From IMG/VR virus record IMGVR_UViG_3300021121_000021, positions 1-29,498 of that record: DNA of 29,498 nucleotides. The stretch is one strand, 5' to 3'. A program made the position numbers and the translations under genes. Source of the stretch: a virus. Taxonomy: Duplodnaviria; Caudoviricetes. Positions 1 through 8,697 of the stretch are shown in pieces. The notes beneath the pieces were generated by a model that was not told the origin of the DNA, did no database searches, and was given only the letters and a program-made list of their open reading frames with translations. The stretch's first letter is position 1, and each line of letters opens with the position of its first letter.

Positions 1-462
1 CATTTCCCAAGTTTCTAATACGCCGCCGTTGGCCTGTTGATTAGCATAAGCACCGTTAGCACCGTCAAGAACTTCAAGACGTGTAGTAAACTTATAATCA
101 CCACCTGCAGCAGCACTGGCTTGTTCAAAGAAGTCCAACTGACGTTGTAATTGAGCTGCAATAGCTGTTGTAACTGTGCCGCTTGCATCATCACGCAAGT
201 TAACAGTAATATCTTCCCAGCTGTGCTTACCGGCCAATTTAATCTTTGAGTTATATACATCAATAGTAATATCTTCAAAGCTCACGCTTGGTCGAGTAAA
301 ATCCATAACTTGTTTAGTCATTTCCAAAACTAAACCGCCGCCAGGACCGAAATTAGTAAAAGTTACGCGGAAGCGATATTTCAGCTTCGGCATTAAAAGG
401 CCTTGAGTTAAACTATCTCCAGGCAATGGAACAGTCATTTTTGAAAGTGATCCGACAGCCAT
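1..462 (-). CDS. gp19: Tail tube protein (T4 gp19-like), runs off the left edge
   Basis: Not in ORF track; manual translation from ATG at 462 gives MAVGSLSKMTVPLPGDSLTQGLLMPKLKYRFRVTF...YNSKIKLAGKHSWEDITVNLRDD...VLETWEM with no stop; AGGAG SD at 469-473; directly downstream of sheath. Confidence 0.9.
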   Translation of the reverse strand, partial: MAVGSLSKMTVPLPGDSLTQGLLMPKLKYRFRVTFTNFGPGGGLVLEMTKQVMDFTRPSVSFEDITIDVYNSKIKLAGKHSWEDITVNLRDDASGTVTTAIAAQLQRQLDFFEQASAAAGGDYKFTTRLEVLDGANGAYANQQANGGVLETWEM

Positions 463-482
463 ATTATTCTCCTATATGCAAT

Positions 483-490
483 TATTTATG
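483..490 (-). promoter_or_regulatory. T4-like late promoter box (CATAAATA) for tail tube
   Basis: Matches T4 TATAAATA core; lies between sheath terminator and tube SD. Confidence 0.7.
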
Positions 491-502
491 ATATCTCTGA
501 CC

Positions 503-532
503 AAAAAAATAGGGGGTTTGACCCCCTATTTT
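503..532 (-). terminator. Intrinsic terminator after tail sheath
   Basis: Minus strand AAAATAGGGGGT-CAA-ACCCCCTATTTTTTT hairpin with U tract. Confidence 0.85.
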
Positions 533-546
533 CTATTACTAAATGC

Positions 547-3500
547 TTATACTGACAATGGAGCACCACCAGAAGCAATAGCACCTGTATTCATAATACG
601 AACTGGAATATAGATGAATTCAACTGCTTTAACTGGCTCAATTGCAATATCAACCCACAGCTCGTTATTATCAATACGTGCTGGTGTGTTGTTTGAGCTA
701 TCGCAAACTACCAAGTAGTCATACAATCCACGTTTAGCAACAAGGTCAATCATCATACTTGTAACATCGTTAGTGATCTGATTACGTGTTGTTTGATCGT
801 TTGGTTCAAATACATAATTCTTACCAATTGTAATCAAACGAGCACGGATATAAGCAACTAAACGAGCTACGTTGATACGATCCAATGCACTTGTTACAGC
901 ACTAATTGTCTTGTTACCGTAGTTAGTAATACCAGTACCTGGAATATAAGTGATTGGATTAATGTTGTTTGTATACAATATATCACGCACAACCTGACCT
1001 GTTGCTGTTGTTACGAATGCACCTGTTTGTGCATTAACATAACCAATTGCTGTAGCATTGTCAACCAGACCACGACGTGTACCAGCTGGTGCTAACCATG
1101 GATATGCAATTTCGTCGCTACGGATGATTGTACGCAACATCATATGGCTTGGTGGTTGTACAACAATAGTGCCGCTTAGATCTGTTGTTTGGCAGCTTGG
1201 ATAGAATACACCAGTATATGGATCAGAGATTGTCAAGCCATCTGCTGCATAATTGCCTAGGCCGTTAGCATCTGTTACCCAATCAGCGATGCTTGCTGAA
1301 TCAGGTCCCATACGCAATGGAGTATCGCCAACTACAAATGCTGTATTGCTGCGTTCGTTGTTTAATGCAATCATGTTGGGAATCAGTTCTGGATACTGAG
1401 GGCAAGCAATTAAGTTGAATACGTTTTGTTCTTCACGTAATACTTGCTGAGTATCAATCGCTGATTTTAGTGCTGCAACAATTAAACTACGTTGTGCAAA
1501 ACGTCCCATGTATGGAGCACCGTCGGCACGTTTGCCACTTGCAGTTACCCAAGCATTAGTTTGTAATTCAGCCCAATATGTAGTATTTGTTGGTATGTGT
1601 CCTGCCGCAGTTGAGCCGATGTAAACATAGATAACTCCGTTGTACAATACTGTTTCATTTGCAGAATAAGTTGTTGTAGGATCGTAGTAAGGAACTGAAA
1701 ACGTTGCAGCGTTGAAATAACCTGCTTGGAATTCCTTAACGTTATATCCAGAACGACGTGTATTCCATAATAGTGTACCGTCGGCGTATAGATCTGGACT
1801 TGGTGCATCAAGATCTAAATAGTTACTAATCAACAAACTTTGAATAGTTGGATAGTTATCTGCAATTGGGTCTGTTGTGCCATTGGGTGCCCAACGTGCA
1901 TCTTCGAAAATAACACCATTTATTGTTGTGTGGTCTGTATTATCAATTGCAACCCACTGATCAACACCATTGACATTTTCCCAACGGTTAATCACCGGAT
2001 ATAATTCTAAATCGCTCGAATCAATCCATAAATCGCCATAAGCCAATGTTCCACCGGTACTTTGTGTTATCGGAGCTGTCACACTAATTTGTGGTCCGTT
2101 AGCATCTGTTAATGTTAAATTATAACCGCGCACATCTGGGTTAACTGTACGGTAACCAGACCATGCTCCATTGTTTTGAATCATGATGTCGACTTGGTTA
2201 ACAGCCGAATAGTACCATGGAGTTCCGCTTGCTGGATTTTGATCAGGTGCTATTGGGCTAGCAATGTAGCTTAATTGGACCCAATTTGATAATAACAATC
2301 CACCTGTTGCACTTGTAGAAGTAGGAACAGCACGTACCTGTTCAAGGGCTGTTGTAAATCCAGCTGCTGCCAGCGGATTTCCGGAACCATCAACCAGACT
2401 AATTACTCCACCTAGGCTTTGTGTAAACACAATAGCACCGTTAGGAGCTACACTTGCACTCACATTGGGAATGTTAGCAGCCGAAACAGCAGCTACAAAA
2501 TCAGCCGGTGTACCAGTGCCACCAATGGTTACTGTAACAGGGCTAGTAAGACTTGTGCTATTTGCTTGACTTGTTGCAATAGTAAATGCATTACCGGAAG
2601 CAAATGTTGGATCTGCTGTAGCACCAGTAACGATTGTAGAACCTGTTGCTAAACGTTCTAATATAGTTAATGTAGCAGTATTATTAAAATATGGTGACAC
2701 ATACTGTGGAGAAGAATTATATTCTGCGTATAATGTTCCTACAGCAATACTTTTGCCGCCACCGGCTGGATCTAAATCAGCATTGGCACTTTGGTCATCT
2801 GAATAAAGTGGTACTATGCTAGTAATCCAAGTAGCAAGAGAACTGTTATAAACCTTAACAATAATTTCAGAACCTTGATTAGGAACAGTTGTTTGAATCC
2901 AAACAGACCCAGTAGGAGCTGGCTGTGAATCAGTTGTTCTCCAACGTGGAACCGTGTAGTTAGGTGTTTGATCTAATTGCGGAGTTTGATATGTTTGTAC
3001 TGTAACACCCAATGTAGTTGCTAAGCCGGCAGTTGTTGATGCACCAATTACTACTTCGCCTGTATGAGTATTAGCTGCTTCAGAAGCAGTAATAACAAGA
3101 CGGTTGCTTGAATCTGCAGAAGCAATAATACCAGCAATTGAGTGTCCATTGATAACACCTACTAAACCAGCTAATGTATTATTTGGGCTTGCAGGTACAG
3201 CACAGTTAGTTCCGTTGATTTCAAGAACATCGCTTGCAGTCAGGGCCTGGCCGGTAATAGTATTTGTACCTTGTACAGTTGGCCATGATTCTTTCCAAAG
3301 ATCAGAACCAACTAATACCCAACTGTTGCTAGAATTTTTATAATATATAGGATTATTAGCATTAGTTGCAACAACAGCATAATTTCCGATTGAACCAACA
3401 CTGGCTGCTGGTGCACTACCGGTTAATTCAGTTGTGCTAGTAATAACAATAGGAGTTTGCACAGTAAATGCACTTGTAGTTTGATTCCACTCAGAAATCC

Positions 3501-3933
3501 CCCACATACTTTCTGAAGTGTCTAACCAGTATGTACCGTTGTTAGGTACTCCGGTTGGGCGAACCAAAGTAGCAGTTAATGTGCTTAGATCGATATTAGC
3601 ACGTTGTACATAAGCACGATTACTAATTCCTAAAACTGAATTAGCAGCTAGTAGACCGTATTCGTTTAGTTCGTATCCGTTGATAGCTGCGCCGTCGGAT
3701 GTTTTGTAGAAAAATGGATTGCCGAATGTAGCAGCTAAATCACGTTGGCTTGTGATTAAATAAACTGTGTCTGCATTGGCAGCAATAGTACCTGGAGCTA
3801 CACCTGTACCAGTACCGGAAATTTTATTCTGTGCTGTAGCAATAAGAATAAACGGCACCGAATTGGTAGCTGCAGGAAGATAATTTGATTGGTCGATAAC
3901 GGTGACTTCTACGCCGGGTGATACTAGTGTCAT
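547..3933 (-). CDS. gp18: Tail sheath protein (T4 gp18-like), enlarged, 1128 aa
   Basis: N-term MTLVSPGVEVTVID; C-term sheath motifs PWLAPAGTRRG, DRINVARL, FEPND, NNTPARID, IEPVKAVEFIYIP; start moved to ATG 3933 behind an AAGGA SD. Confidence 0.95.
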   Translation of the reverse strand: MTLVSPGVEVTVIDQSNYLPAATNSVPFILIATAQNKISGTGTGVAPGTIAANADTVYLITSQRDLAATFGNPFFYKTSDGAAINGYELNEYGLLAANSVLGISNRAYVQRANIDLSTLTATLVRPTGVPNNGTYWLDTSESMWGISEWNQTTSAFTVQTPIVITSTTELTGSAPAASVGSIGNYAVVATNANNPIYYKNSSNSWVLVGSDLWKESWPTVQGTNTITGQALTASDVLEINGTNCAVPASPNNTLAGLVGVINGHSIAGIIASADSSNRLVITASEAANTHTGEVVIGASTTAGLATTLGVTVQTYQTPQLDQTPNYTVPRWRTTDSQPAPTGSVWIQTTVPNQGSEIIVKVYNSSLATWITSIVPLYSDDQSANADLDPAGGGKSIAVGTLYAEYNSSPQYVSPYFNNTATLTILERLATGSTIVTGATADPTFASGNAFTIATSQANSTSLTSPVTVTIGGTGTPADFVAAVSAANIPNVSASVAPNGAIVFTQSLGGVISLVDGSGNPLAAAGFTTALEQVRAVPTSTSATGGLLLSNWVQLSYIASPIAPDQNPASGTPWYYSAVNQVDIMIQNNGAWSGYRTVNPDVRGYNLTLTDANGPQISVTAPITQSTGGTLAYGDLWIDSSDLELYPVINRWENVNGVDQWVAIDNTDHTTINGVIFEDARWAPNGTTDPIADNYPTIQSLLISNYLDLDAPSPDLYADGTLLWNTRRSGYNVKEFQAGYFNAATFSVPYYDPTTTYSANETVLYNGVIYVYIGSTAAGHIPTNTTYWAELQTNAWVTASGKRADGAPYMGRFAQRSLIVAALKSAIDTQQVLREEQNVFNLIACPQYPELIPNMIALNNERSNTAFVVGDTPLRMGPDSASIADWVTDANGLGNYAADGLTISDPYTGVFYPSCQTTDLSGTIVVQPPSHMMLRTIIRSDEIAYPWLAPAGTRRGLVDNATAIGYVNAQTGAFVTTATGQVVRDILYTNNINPITYIPGTGITNYGNKTISAVTSALDRINVARLVAYIRARLITIGKNYVFEPNDQTTRNQITNDVTSMMIDLVAKRGLYDYLVVCDSSNNTPARIDNNELWVDIAIEPVKAVEFIYIPVRIMNTGAIASGGAPLSV

Positions 3934-3962
3934 AAGGAAAGTCCTTTTAAATTGGTTAATGA

Positions 3963-3970
3963 TATTTATT
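3963..3970 (-). promoter_or_regulatory. Late promoter box (AATAAATA) for sheath
   Basis: TAAATA core about 30 nt upstream of sheath ATG. Confidence 0.7.
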
Positions 3971-4022
3971 GATTTAATCAAAAACCACTCCGTTATAGGT
4001 ACCTTAATTAAGGTTCGTATCG

Positions 4023-4029
4023 CTAAATA
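4023..4029 (+). promoter_or_regulatory. Late promoter box (CTAAATA) for the 4035 gene
   Basis: TAAATA core 5 nt before ATG. Confidence 0.55.
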
Positions 4030-4034
4030 CCGCT

Positions 4035-4379
4035 ATGCGTCCTTTATGTCAAGTTTGTGGTAGAAATTTTTCAGCAATTAATGGTTATCACCATGGAAAA
4101 ATCTATTATAGATCCAAATGTAATAACTGTATTCGCCGAGGGAAAAAAATAAAACCAGCTAAACCAAGATGGTTGTTAGCTGGTTATAAAAAGAAAGCCA
4201 CATGCGATCGATGTGGCTTCAAGTCAAAACATCACTCGCAACTATTAGTATATCATATCGATGGTAACCAAAATAATTGTGATATTTTAAACTTAAAAAC
4301 TATATGCTTAAACTGCATTGCTGAAGTAAAATACTTAGAACTACCGTGGCGTCCGGGAGATATCAGTCCCGATTTTTAA
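4035..4379 (+). CDS. Small Zn-binding HNH-like protein
   Basis: Four CxxC pairs; CDRCG...VYHIDGNQNNCDILNLKTICLNC resembles an HNH motif, but the last His is absent. Confidence 0.65.
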   Translation: MRPLCQVCGRNFSAINGYHHGKIYYRSKCNNCIRRGKKIKPAKPRWLLAGYKKKATCDRCGFKSKHHSQLLVYHIDGNQNNCDILNLKTICLNCIAEVKYLELPWRPGDISPDF

Positions 4380-4983
4380 CTACGTAATCAACTTGACGAT
4401 ATAACTCATCCATAGTTCCGTGATTGTTTAAAGGTATATCAATTTCTCTGCCTACCAGTGCCCATTCGCTAAAGTGTACTTCAGGGTATTTTTCCTTCAT
4501 AAATGCAGACCCATTGGTGTTATCCGACAACGCAGATTGAAACCATTCAGGAATTGGTCCTCTCTGTGTTCTGAGCATGATCCCTCCTGAATTTTTAATA
4601 GCATCAAGCTCATTGGGAAAACGTACATCGCTAATTACTACATTATCATTAATTTGTCGTAGTTTATTTTCAACACTAGCAATCCAGATATCGTCGTGAA
4701 ATCCGTGTCTACAAACTTCAGTGCCCCAGTACTGTAAGACCCACCGAGGAGTTAACTGCGGCATGTTTAAGCGAGCTGCCCACCAGGGATCTACTTGCTC
4801 TCGCCATTCTCTTGATGCTTTAGTACGACCTTCTAGCATGGTACGATCCCATCCAAATACTGCGGCTACAGCATCTTTAAGAGTTCCTGCAAAACTTTCA
4901 CGTCTAAATTCATGTACATTAACTAAATAGTCTGCTACAGTATCTTTGCCAGACCCAATAAATCCACAAATTCCAATAATCAT
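4363..4983 (-). CDS. Deoxynucleoside monophosphate kinase (T4 gp1-like)
   Basis: P-loop GFIGSGKDT, SFAGTLKD, TPRWVLQYWGTE, ISDVRFPNE. Confidence 0.9.
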   Translation of the reverse strand: MIIGICGFIGSGKDTVADYLVNVHEFRRESFAGTLKDAVAAVFGWDRTMLEGRTKASREWREQVDPWWAARLNMPQLTPRWVLQYWGTEVCRHGFHDDIWIASVENKLRQINDNVVISDVRFPNELDAIKNSGGIMLRTQRGPIPEWFQSALSDNTNGSAFMKEKYPEVHFSEWALVGREIDIPLNNHGTMDELYRQVDYVVKNRD

Positions 4984-5501
4984 GATAGTTCTTTAATTCC
5001 AAAGTGTCTAAGTGTTGCTTGTACCAGATCGATTTGCTTACGGCAATCCTCTAGTGCATGGTGTGTTGTCGGCGGCTTTGGACGGTCGGGCCAAATGCTG
5101 CATAATGTACGGCTATCACGCACCTTGAAGTATTGCCAAGGGATCGGCTTTCCATAACTTTTATAAGCGTGTTCTAGAATAGTACAGTCAAATGTAGGTC
5201 CTTGACACCATAAAAAATTACTGGTCCAAATAAGTTTACCCACCTCATCTAATGCCTGATCTAAAGGAATACGTCCATCCTCTGCAAATGCTTCTTCTCT
5301 AGCTACTGCAGGTTGAGTGGCCCACCAGTTTAATGTGCCTTCGTCAATGGTGCGTTCTTCTTGACTTTCTAAGGAAATTCTAGCGTAGTAATGTTGTGGA
5401 TAGTATCCTGTGCTGAAAGGATCAAAAGATTGGGCAGCAACAGTTAGAATAGTAGCAGCAGGCGCCACTCCAATGGTTTCCAGGTCGATCATACAATCCA
5501 T
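4980..5501 (-). CDS. DEDDh 3'-5' exonuclease
   Basis: MIDLET, WCQGPTFD and HHALEDC motifs; ATGA overlap with the kinase. Confidence 0.85.
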   Translation of the reverse strand: MDCMIDLETIGVAPAATILTVAAQSFDPFSTGYYPQHYYARISLESQEERTIDEGTLNWWATQPAVAREEAFAEDGRIPLDQALDEVGKLIWTSNFLWCQGPTFDCTILEHAYKSYGKPIPWQYFKVRDSRTLCSIWPDRPKPPTTHHALEDCRKQIDLVQATLRHFGIKELS

Positions 5502-5518
5502 TTTTTTTTACTCAATTT

Positions 5519-5526
5519 AATAAATA
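5519..5526 (+). promoter_or_regulatory. Late promoter box (AATAAATA) for the HNH gene
   Basis: Followed by AAGGA SD and ATG at 5546. Confidence 0.6.
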
Positions 5527-5545
5527 ATACAATAAGGAAAAACTT

Positions 5546-6378
5546 ATGTTTATTGAAAACAAATATACTAAATGCTATTATAACATCATACATCGAGCAC
5601 AGTCAAGGATTTTGAATCCATCAATTTATGTCGAAAAACATCATATTATACCCCGGAGCTTAGGCGGGGAAACGATAGCATTAATCTAATTAAACTGACA
5701 GGTAGAGAACATTTTATATGTCATTTACTCTTACCTAAAATGACTATCGGATCAGATAGAAGAAAAATGATCTATGCAATATGGATGATGTGTCGGGCTC
5801 ACCGTTCTCGTCGATCTATATACAAAGTAACAGCAAGAACATATAATTCGATTAAAGAAGTCATGCGTAATAATCGAACAGCCGATGATTTTACCCCAGA
5901 ATGGAAGGCAAAAATATCGGCCGCAAAGAAAGGTGGAAAAACTTGGAATAAAGGGCGGGCGGTTCCTGAAGAACAAAAATCCAGGCAATCTGCTACTAGG
6001 AAGAGCAAAACTGGGACTCCAGGATTTAATACAAGGCCGGCTTGTAGACCCGAAAAAGCCAAAGCGATCAGTGTTGCACTTACCGGCAAAAAATGGATTT
6101 ATAACCCAAATACCCCAGCTGATCGGAAATACCTAGACCCTGACAAGTGTTTACATTATCTTTCGTTGGGATGGAAATTTGGTTTTGGAACACGACCGAC
6201 TGTTGTCAAGAAAGAATGTACACATTGTAATAGATTTCTTGACCCAGGCAACTATCAGCTACACCACGGTGATAAATGTAGGTCAAGACATCTAGTTGAA
6301 GTTAGCCGAAATCAATCTATTATTGCAACATTCATAAAAGTTTTGAACCAATTCGCTAACGATATCGGTTCCGGATGA
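5546..6378 (+). pseudogene. Free-standing HNH homing endonuclease with NUMOD3-like motif, frameshifted at about 5666-5670
   Basis: MFIENKYTKCYYNII...YVEKHHIIPRSLGG stops at TAA 5687-5689; the -1 frame continues NDSINLIKLTGREHFICHLLLPKMT into the 5740 ORF (TPEWKAKISAAKKG..WNKG; CTHC...HHGDKC). Confidence 0.85.
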
Positions 6379-7028
6379 AAACCATCTTTGCTTATTTGGT
6401 TTAATTCTAAACTGTATTCATACGGTGCTACGTTAACAAACTTGGTCCAATCAACTAAAGAATTAAGGGGATTTGTTCTTACAATCTGACCACAACTTCT
6501 ATTAATAGATCTGTCCGAATAATCAGCATCAATATCATAAATGAAACTCATTTGATATGGCATGTCTATTGATTGTAAGAAACCTTGTGTTTGTATTATG
6601 CTTTGCAAAGACAATGTTGTTAGATAATTTTCAGTCGATGAAACATATTGTTTATCAAACCAATTACGCAAAATTGTCGGACAGGGGTACGACATGCCAG
6701 ACATGCCAAAACCACCGCTATGATACCAAATTACATCGTCTAATGGCATAAAAAACTTGTATAGATGTATTCCATCTTTGTCTTTGCTAAACGTATCATG
6801 CAGATCTTTTCCAATAGGAAAATCGAGCCTATGTACACCAGACCATACTACTATAACTTTACTATATTGATTTTGGCTACATTCGTGCAAAACTCTAGCA
6901 GCAATACTTTGATTGCCGGCACCATTTGATCCTTTAAGGATATTCCTATTAGGGTTGATTGTAAATTCTGTGGTTGTAGCTAAAGTTTCTACAAAGCTAC
7001 AACCAACTATTAATGCAGGTAAATCCAA
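6312..7028 (-). CDS. SGNH/GDSL-like hydrolase family protein
   Basis: LIVGCSF, GAGNQSI and C-terminal DGFHP; probable TTG start at 7028 just after the gp13 stop (start uncertain). Confidence 0.6.
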   Translation of the reverse strand: MDLPALIVGCSFVETLATTTEFTINPNRNILKGSNGAGNQSIAARVLHECSQNQYSKVIVVWSGVHRLDFPIGKDLHDTFSKDKDGIHLYKFFMPLDDVIWYHSGGFGMSGMSYPCPTILRNWFDKQYVSSTENYLTTLSLQSIIQTQGFLQSIDMPYQMSFIYDIDADYSDRSINRSCGQIVRTNPLNSLVDWTKFVNVAPYEYSLELNQISKDGFHPEPISLANWFKTFMNVAIID

Positions 7029-7033
7029 ATTGA

Positions 7034-7795
7034 TTAGCCTATGATCACGGTTAAAGGTTGAGATCCGTCGACATACAACTTTAAGTCTTCGATACATTTA
7101 TCCATCATAGCTTGTCCTTCGCTCTTCATAGCTGTACCATTTAGGGTGCTGCCGCCTTGTGGTCCTGCCAGAGTGGAAAACTTTTCACGAGCTTCACCGA
7201 TAATATACTTACTAGCACCAACCATGTAGTCTTTGATCCATTGACTGATTTGGAAATCACTTAATAGCATGATTTCAGGTTTTAAGTTGTATGTCCACAG
7301 CAGTACAACTTCTCCTGTACCTTTTGGATCACGGATTAGCTGTAGCTTTTTAGTAACCGGATTGAATGTATAGTTGATAAATCCGCCGAACATGCGTGCA
7401 GCTAAATCAACATACTGTTGATAAAAATCGTATGTGGCTAGGCCGCCCTGATAGTTAAAGTTTAACAGATAGACGTTTAAAGTAGCTGCACCAAACGGAT
7501 CAAATGCATATGTGCCAGAGCCGGTGCTAAGGCCAATTGTTTTTCTAAAGATTTGACGTACATTTACTACTTCCTGAGGTAGTGTATACTCGTTAACATC
7601 ATTTAACAACTGCATAAAGCTGTAGCTTTCTTCGTAGGCATTTTGACTACGCTGACGATAAACACCGATTGCTCGTTGATAAGCAGCTTCGAAATGTGCA
7701 GGGTCCATTTCGACGTCAATGATTCCGCTACCTAACTGTAGCTGTACATATTCGATAAGTTGTTTTTTTAGTGGATCTAATGTTTGGTCTGCCAT
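7034..7795 (-). CDS. gp13: Neck protein (T4 gp13-like)
   Basis: LQLGSGIIDVEMD, WIKDY, GEAREKF, LAGPQGGSTLNG; AGGAG SD before ATG 7795. Confidence 0.85.
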   Translation of the reverse strand: MADQTLDPLKKQLIEYVQLQLGSGIIDVEMDPAHFEAAYQRAIGVYRQRSQNAYEESYSFMQLLNDVNEYTLPQEVVNVRQIFRKTIGLSTGSGTYAFDPFGAATLNVYLLNFNYQGGLATYDFYQQYVDLAARMFGGFINYTFNPVTKKLQLIRDPKGTGEVVLLWTYNLKPEIMLLSDFQISQWIKDYMVGASKYIIGEAREKFSTLAGPQGGSTLNGTAMKSEGQAMMDKCIEDLKLYVDGSQPLTVIIG

Positions 7796-7813
7796 ATGGA
7801 GCTCCTGATTCAT

Positions 7814-7821
7814 TATTTATT
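7814..7821 (-). promoter_or_regulatory. Late promoter box (AATAAATA) for gp13
   Basis: TAAATA core immediately upstream of the SD. Confidence 0.65.
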
Positions 7822-7822
7822 A

Positions 7823-8686
7823 TTATTTTTTTAGTATCGGGTGTATGATTCGATACTTGTGGGTTTCAGGACAAAACTTGCATTGTGGTATAACATTGTC
7901 TAAATCTCTGAAAAATTCTTCGTGGTATTCATCAAAATTTTCCAATGTTAAAGGACGATAGCTGTTTAATAAAACTCTATCTTTGTCGGAAATGTCTAAA
8001 TCAAACTGCTCATCGAATTCAGGAAACAATGCTACAGGACCGCATTTATATAATTTTCCGTGTATGAAATGATAATTTTTATTTTGTACAAATGTGCAGG
8101 CAGAATGTGCTATATTAGGATCACTATTGTGTAAGGTATTCCGACCGTTTTTGTTAATTAGTGCACCGGTAGTAAACTCGTTCTGTATATAAAAATCTAT
8201 TCTTACACGATTAGCATCGGTAAAACTGTAATCAGACCCAAATTCTGTGTTTCCGCGACCAACTGTTTTTGTTATAGGCGCTTGAAGAAATTTTTCTACC
8301 TCGGCTATGATTAGATCTATTTCATTGATATTGTGTATACTTACACCTATCCAGGATCTGACTTTTCTGATATCACGAACAGTATCGTAAAGACCACGAA
8401 CTGAATTTAATCTGGTACCGTTGGTCAATATTTGTACTGATCCCGAATCAAACCCTTCCATACCTTTGATCCAGTTTACTAAAGTAGGATTTAATAAAGG
8501 TTCGCCGCCGAGTATAACAATCTGTTTTATTTTAATTAATTCTGCCCAGCGAGCGTATATGTCTGCGTAGTCGTCCCAAGACTGCCACCCACGAAAATTG
8601 TAATTGTTAAATCTATTACAATTATCGCAGGTTAGATTACAAACATTGGTAATGTAGAATTCGACTTTGTCAAGATGTATAGGCAC
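7823..8686 (-). CDS. Radical SAM protein
   Basis: CNLTCDNC (CxxxCxxC), LGGEPLLNP, ILTNG; C-terminal Cys set (C...KCGP...CKFCP) suggests an auxiliary cluster; GTG start. Confidence 0.9.
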   Translation of the reverse strand: MPIHLDKVEFYITNVCNLTCDNCNRFNNYNFRGWQSWDDYADIYARWAELIKIKQIVILGGEPLLNPTLVNWIKGMEGFDSGSVQILTNGTRLNSVRGLYDTVRDIRKVRSWIGVSIHNINEIDLIIAEVEKFLQAPITKTVGRGNTEFGSDYSFTDANRVRIDFYIQNEFTTGALINKNGRNTLHNSDPNIAHSACTFVQNKNYHFIHGKLYKCGPVALFPEFDEQFDLDISDKDRVLLNSYRPLTLENFDEYHEEFFRDLDNVIPQCKFCPETHKYRIIHPILKK

Positions 8687-8690
8687 GAAA

Positions 8691-8697
8691 TATTTAG
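8691..8697 (-). promoter_or_regulatory. Late promoter box (CTAAATA) overlapping the upstream stop codon
   Basis: 4 nt before the radical SAM GTG. Confidence 0.5.

Noticed and set aside
15-406. Track ORFs 15-278 and 176-406
   Set aside because: Alternative frames over the tail tube gene
5501-5509. A9 run at the exonuclease start as a phase-variation tract
   Set aside because: Lies outside the reading frame in AT-rich spacer; no supporting evidence
5663-5673. Programmed -1 frameshift at GGGAAAC
   Set aside because: The heptamer is not in X XXY YYZ register with the incoming frame (GGG GAA ACG)
7034-7090. Possible recoded 3' end of gp13
   Set aside because: Too few codons and too weak a background bias to judge by eye
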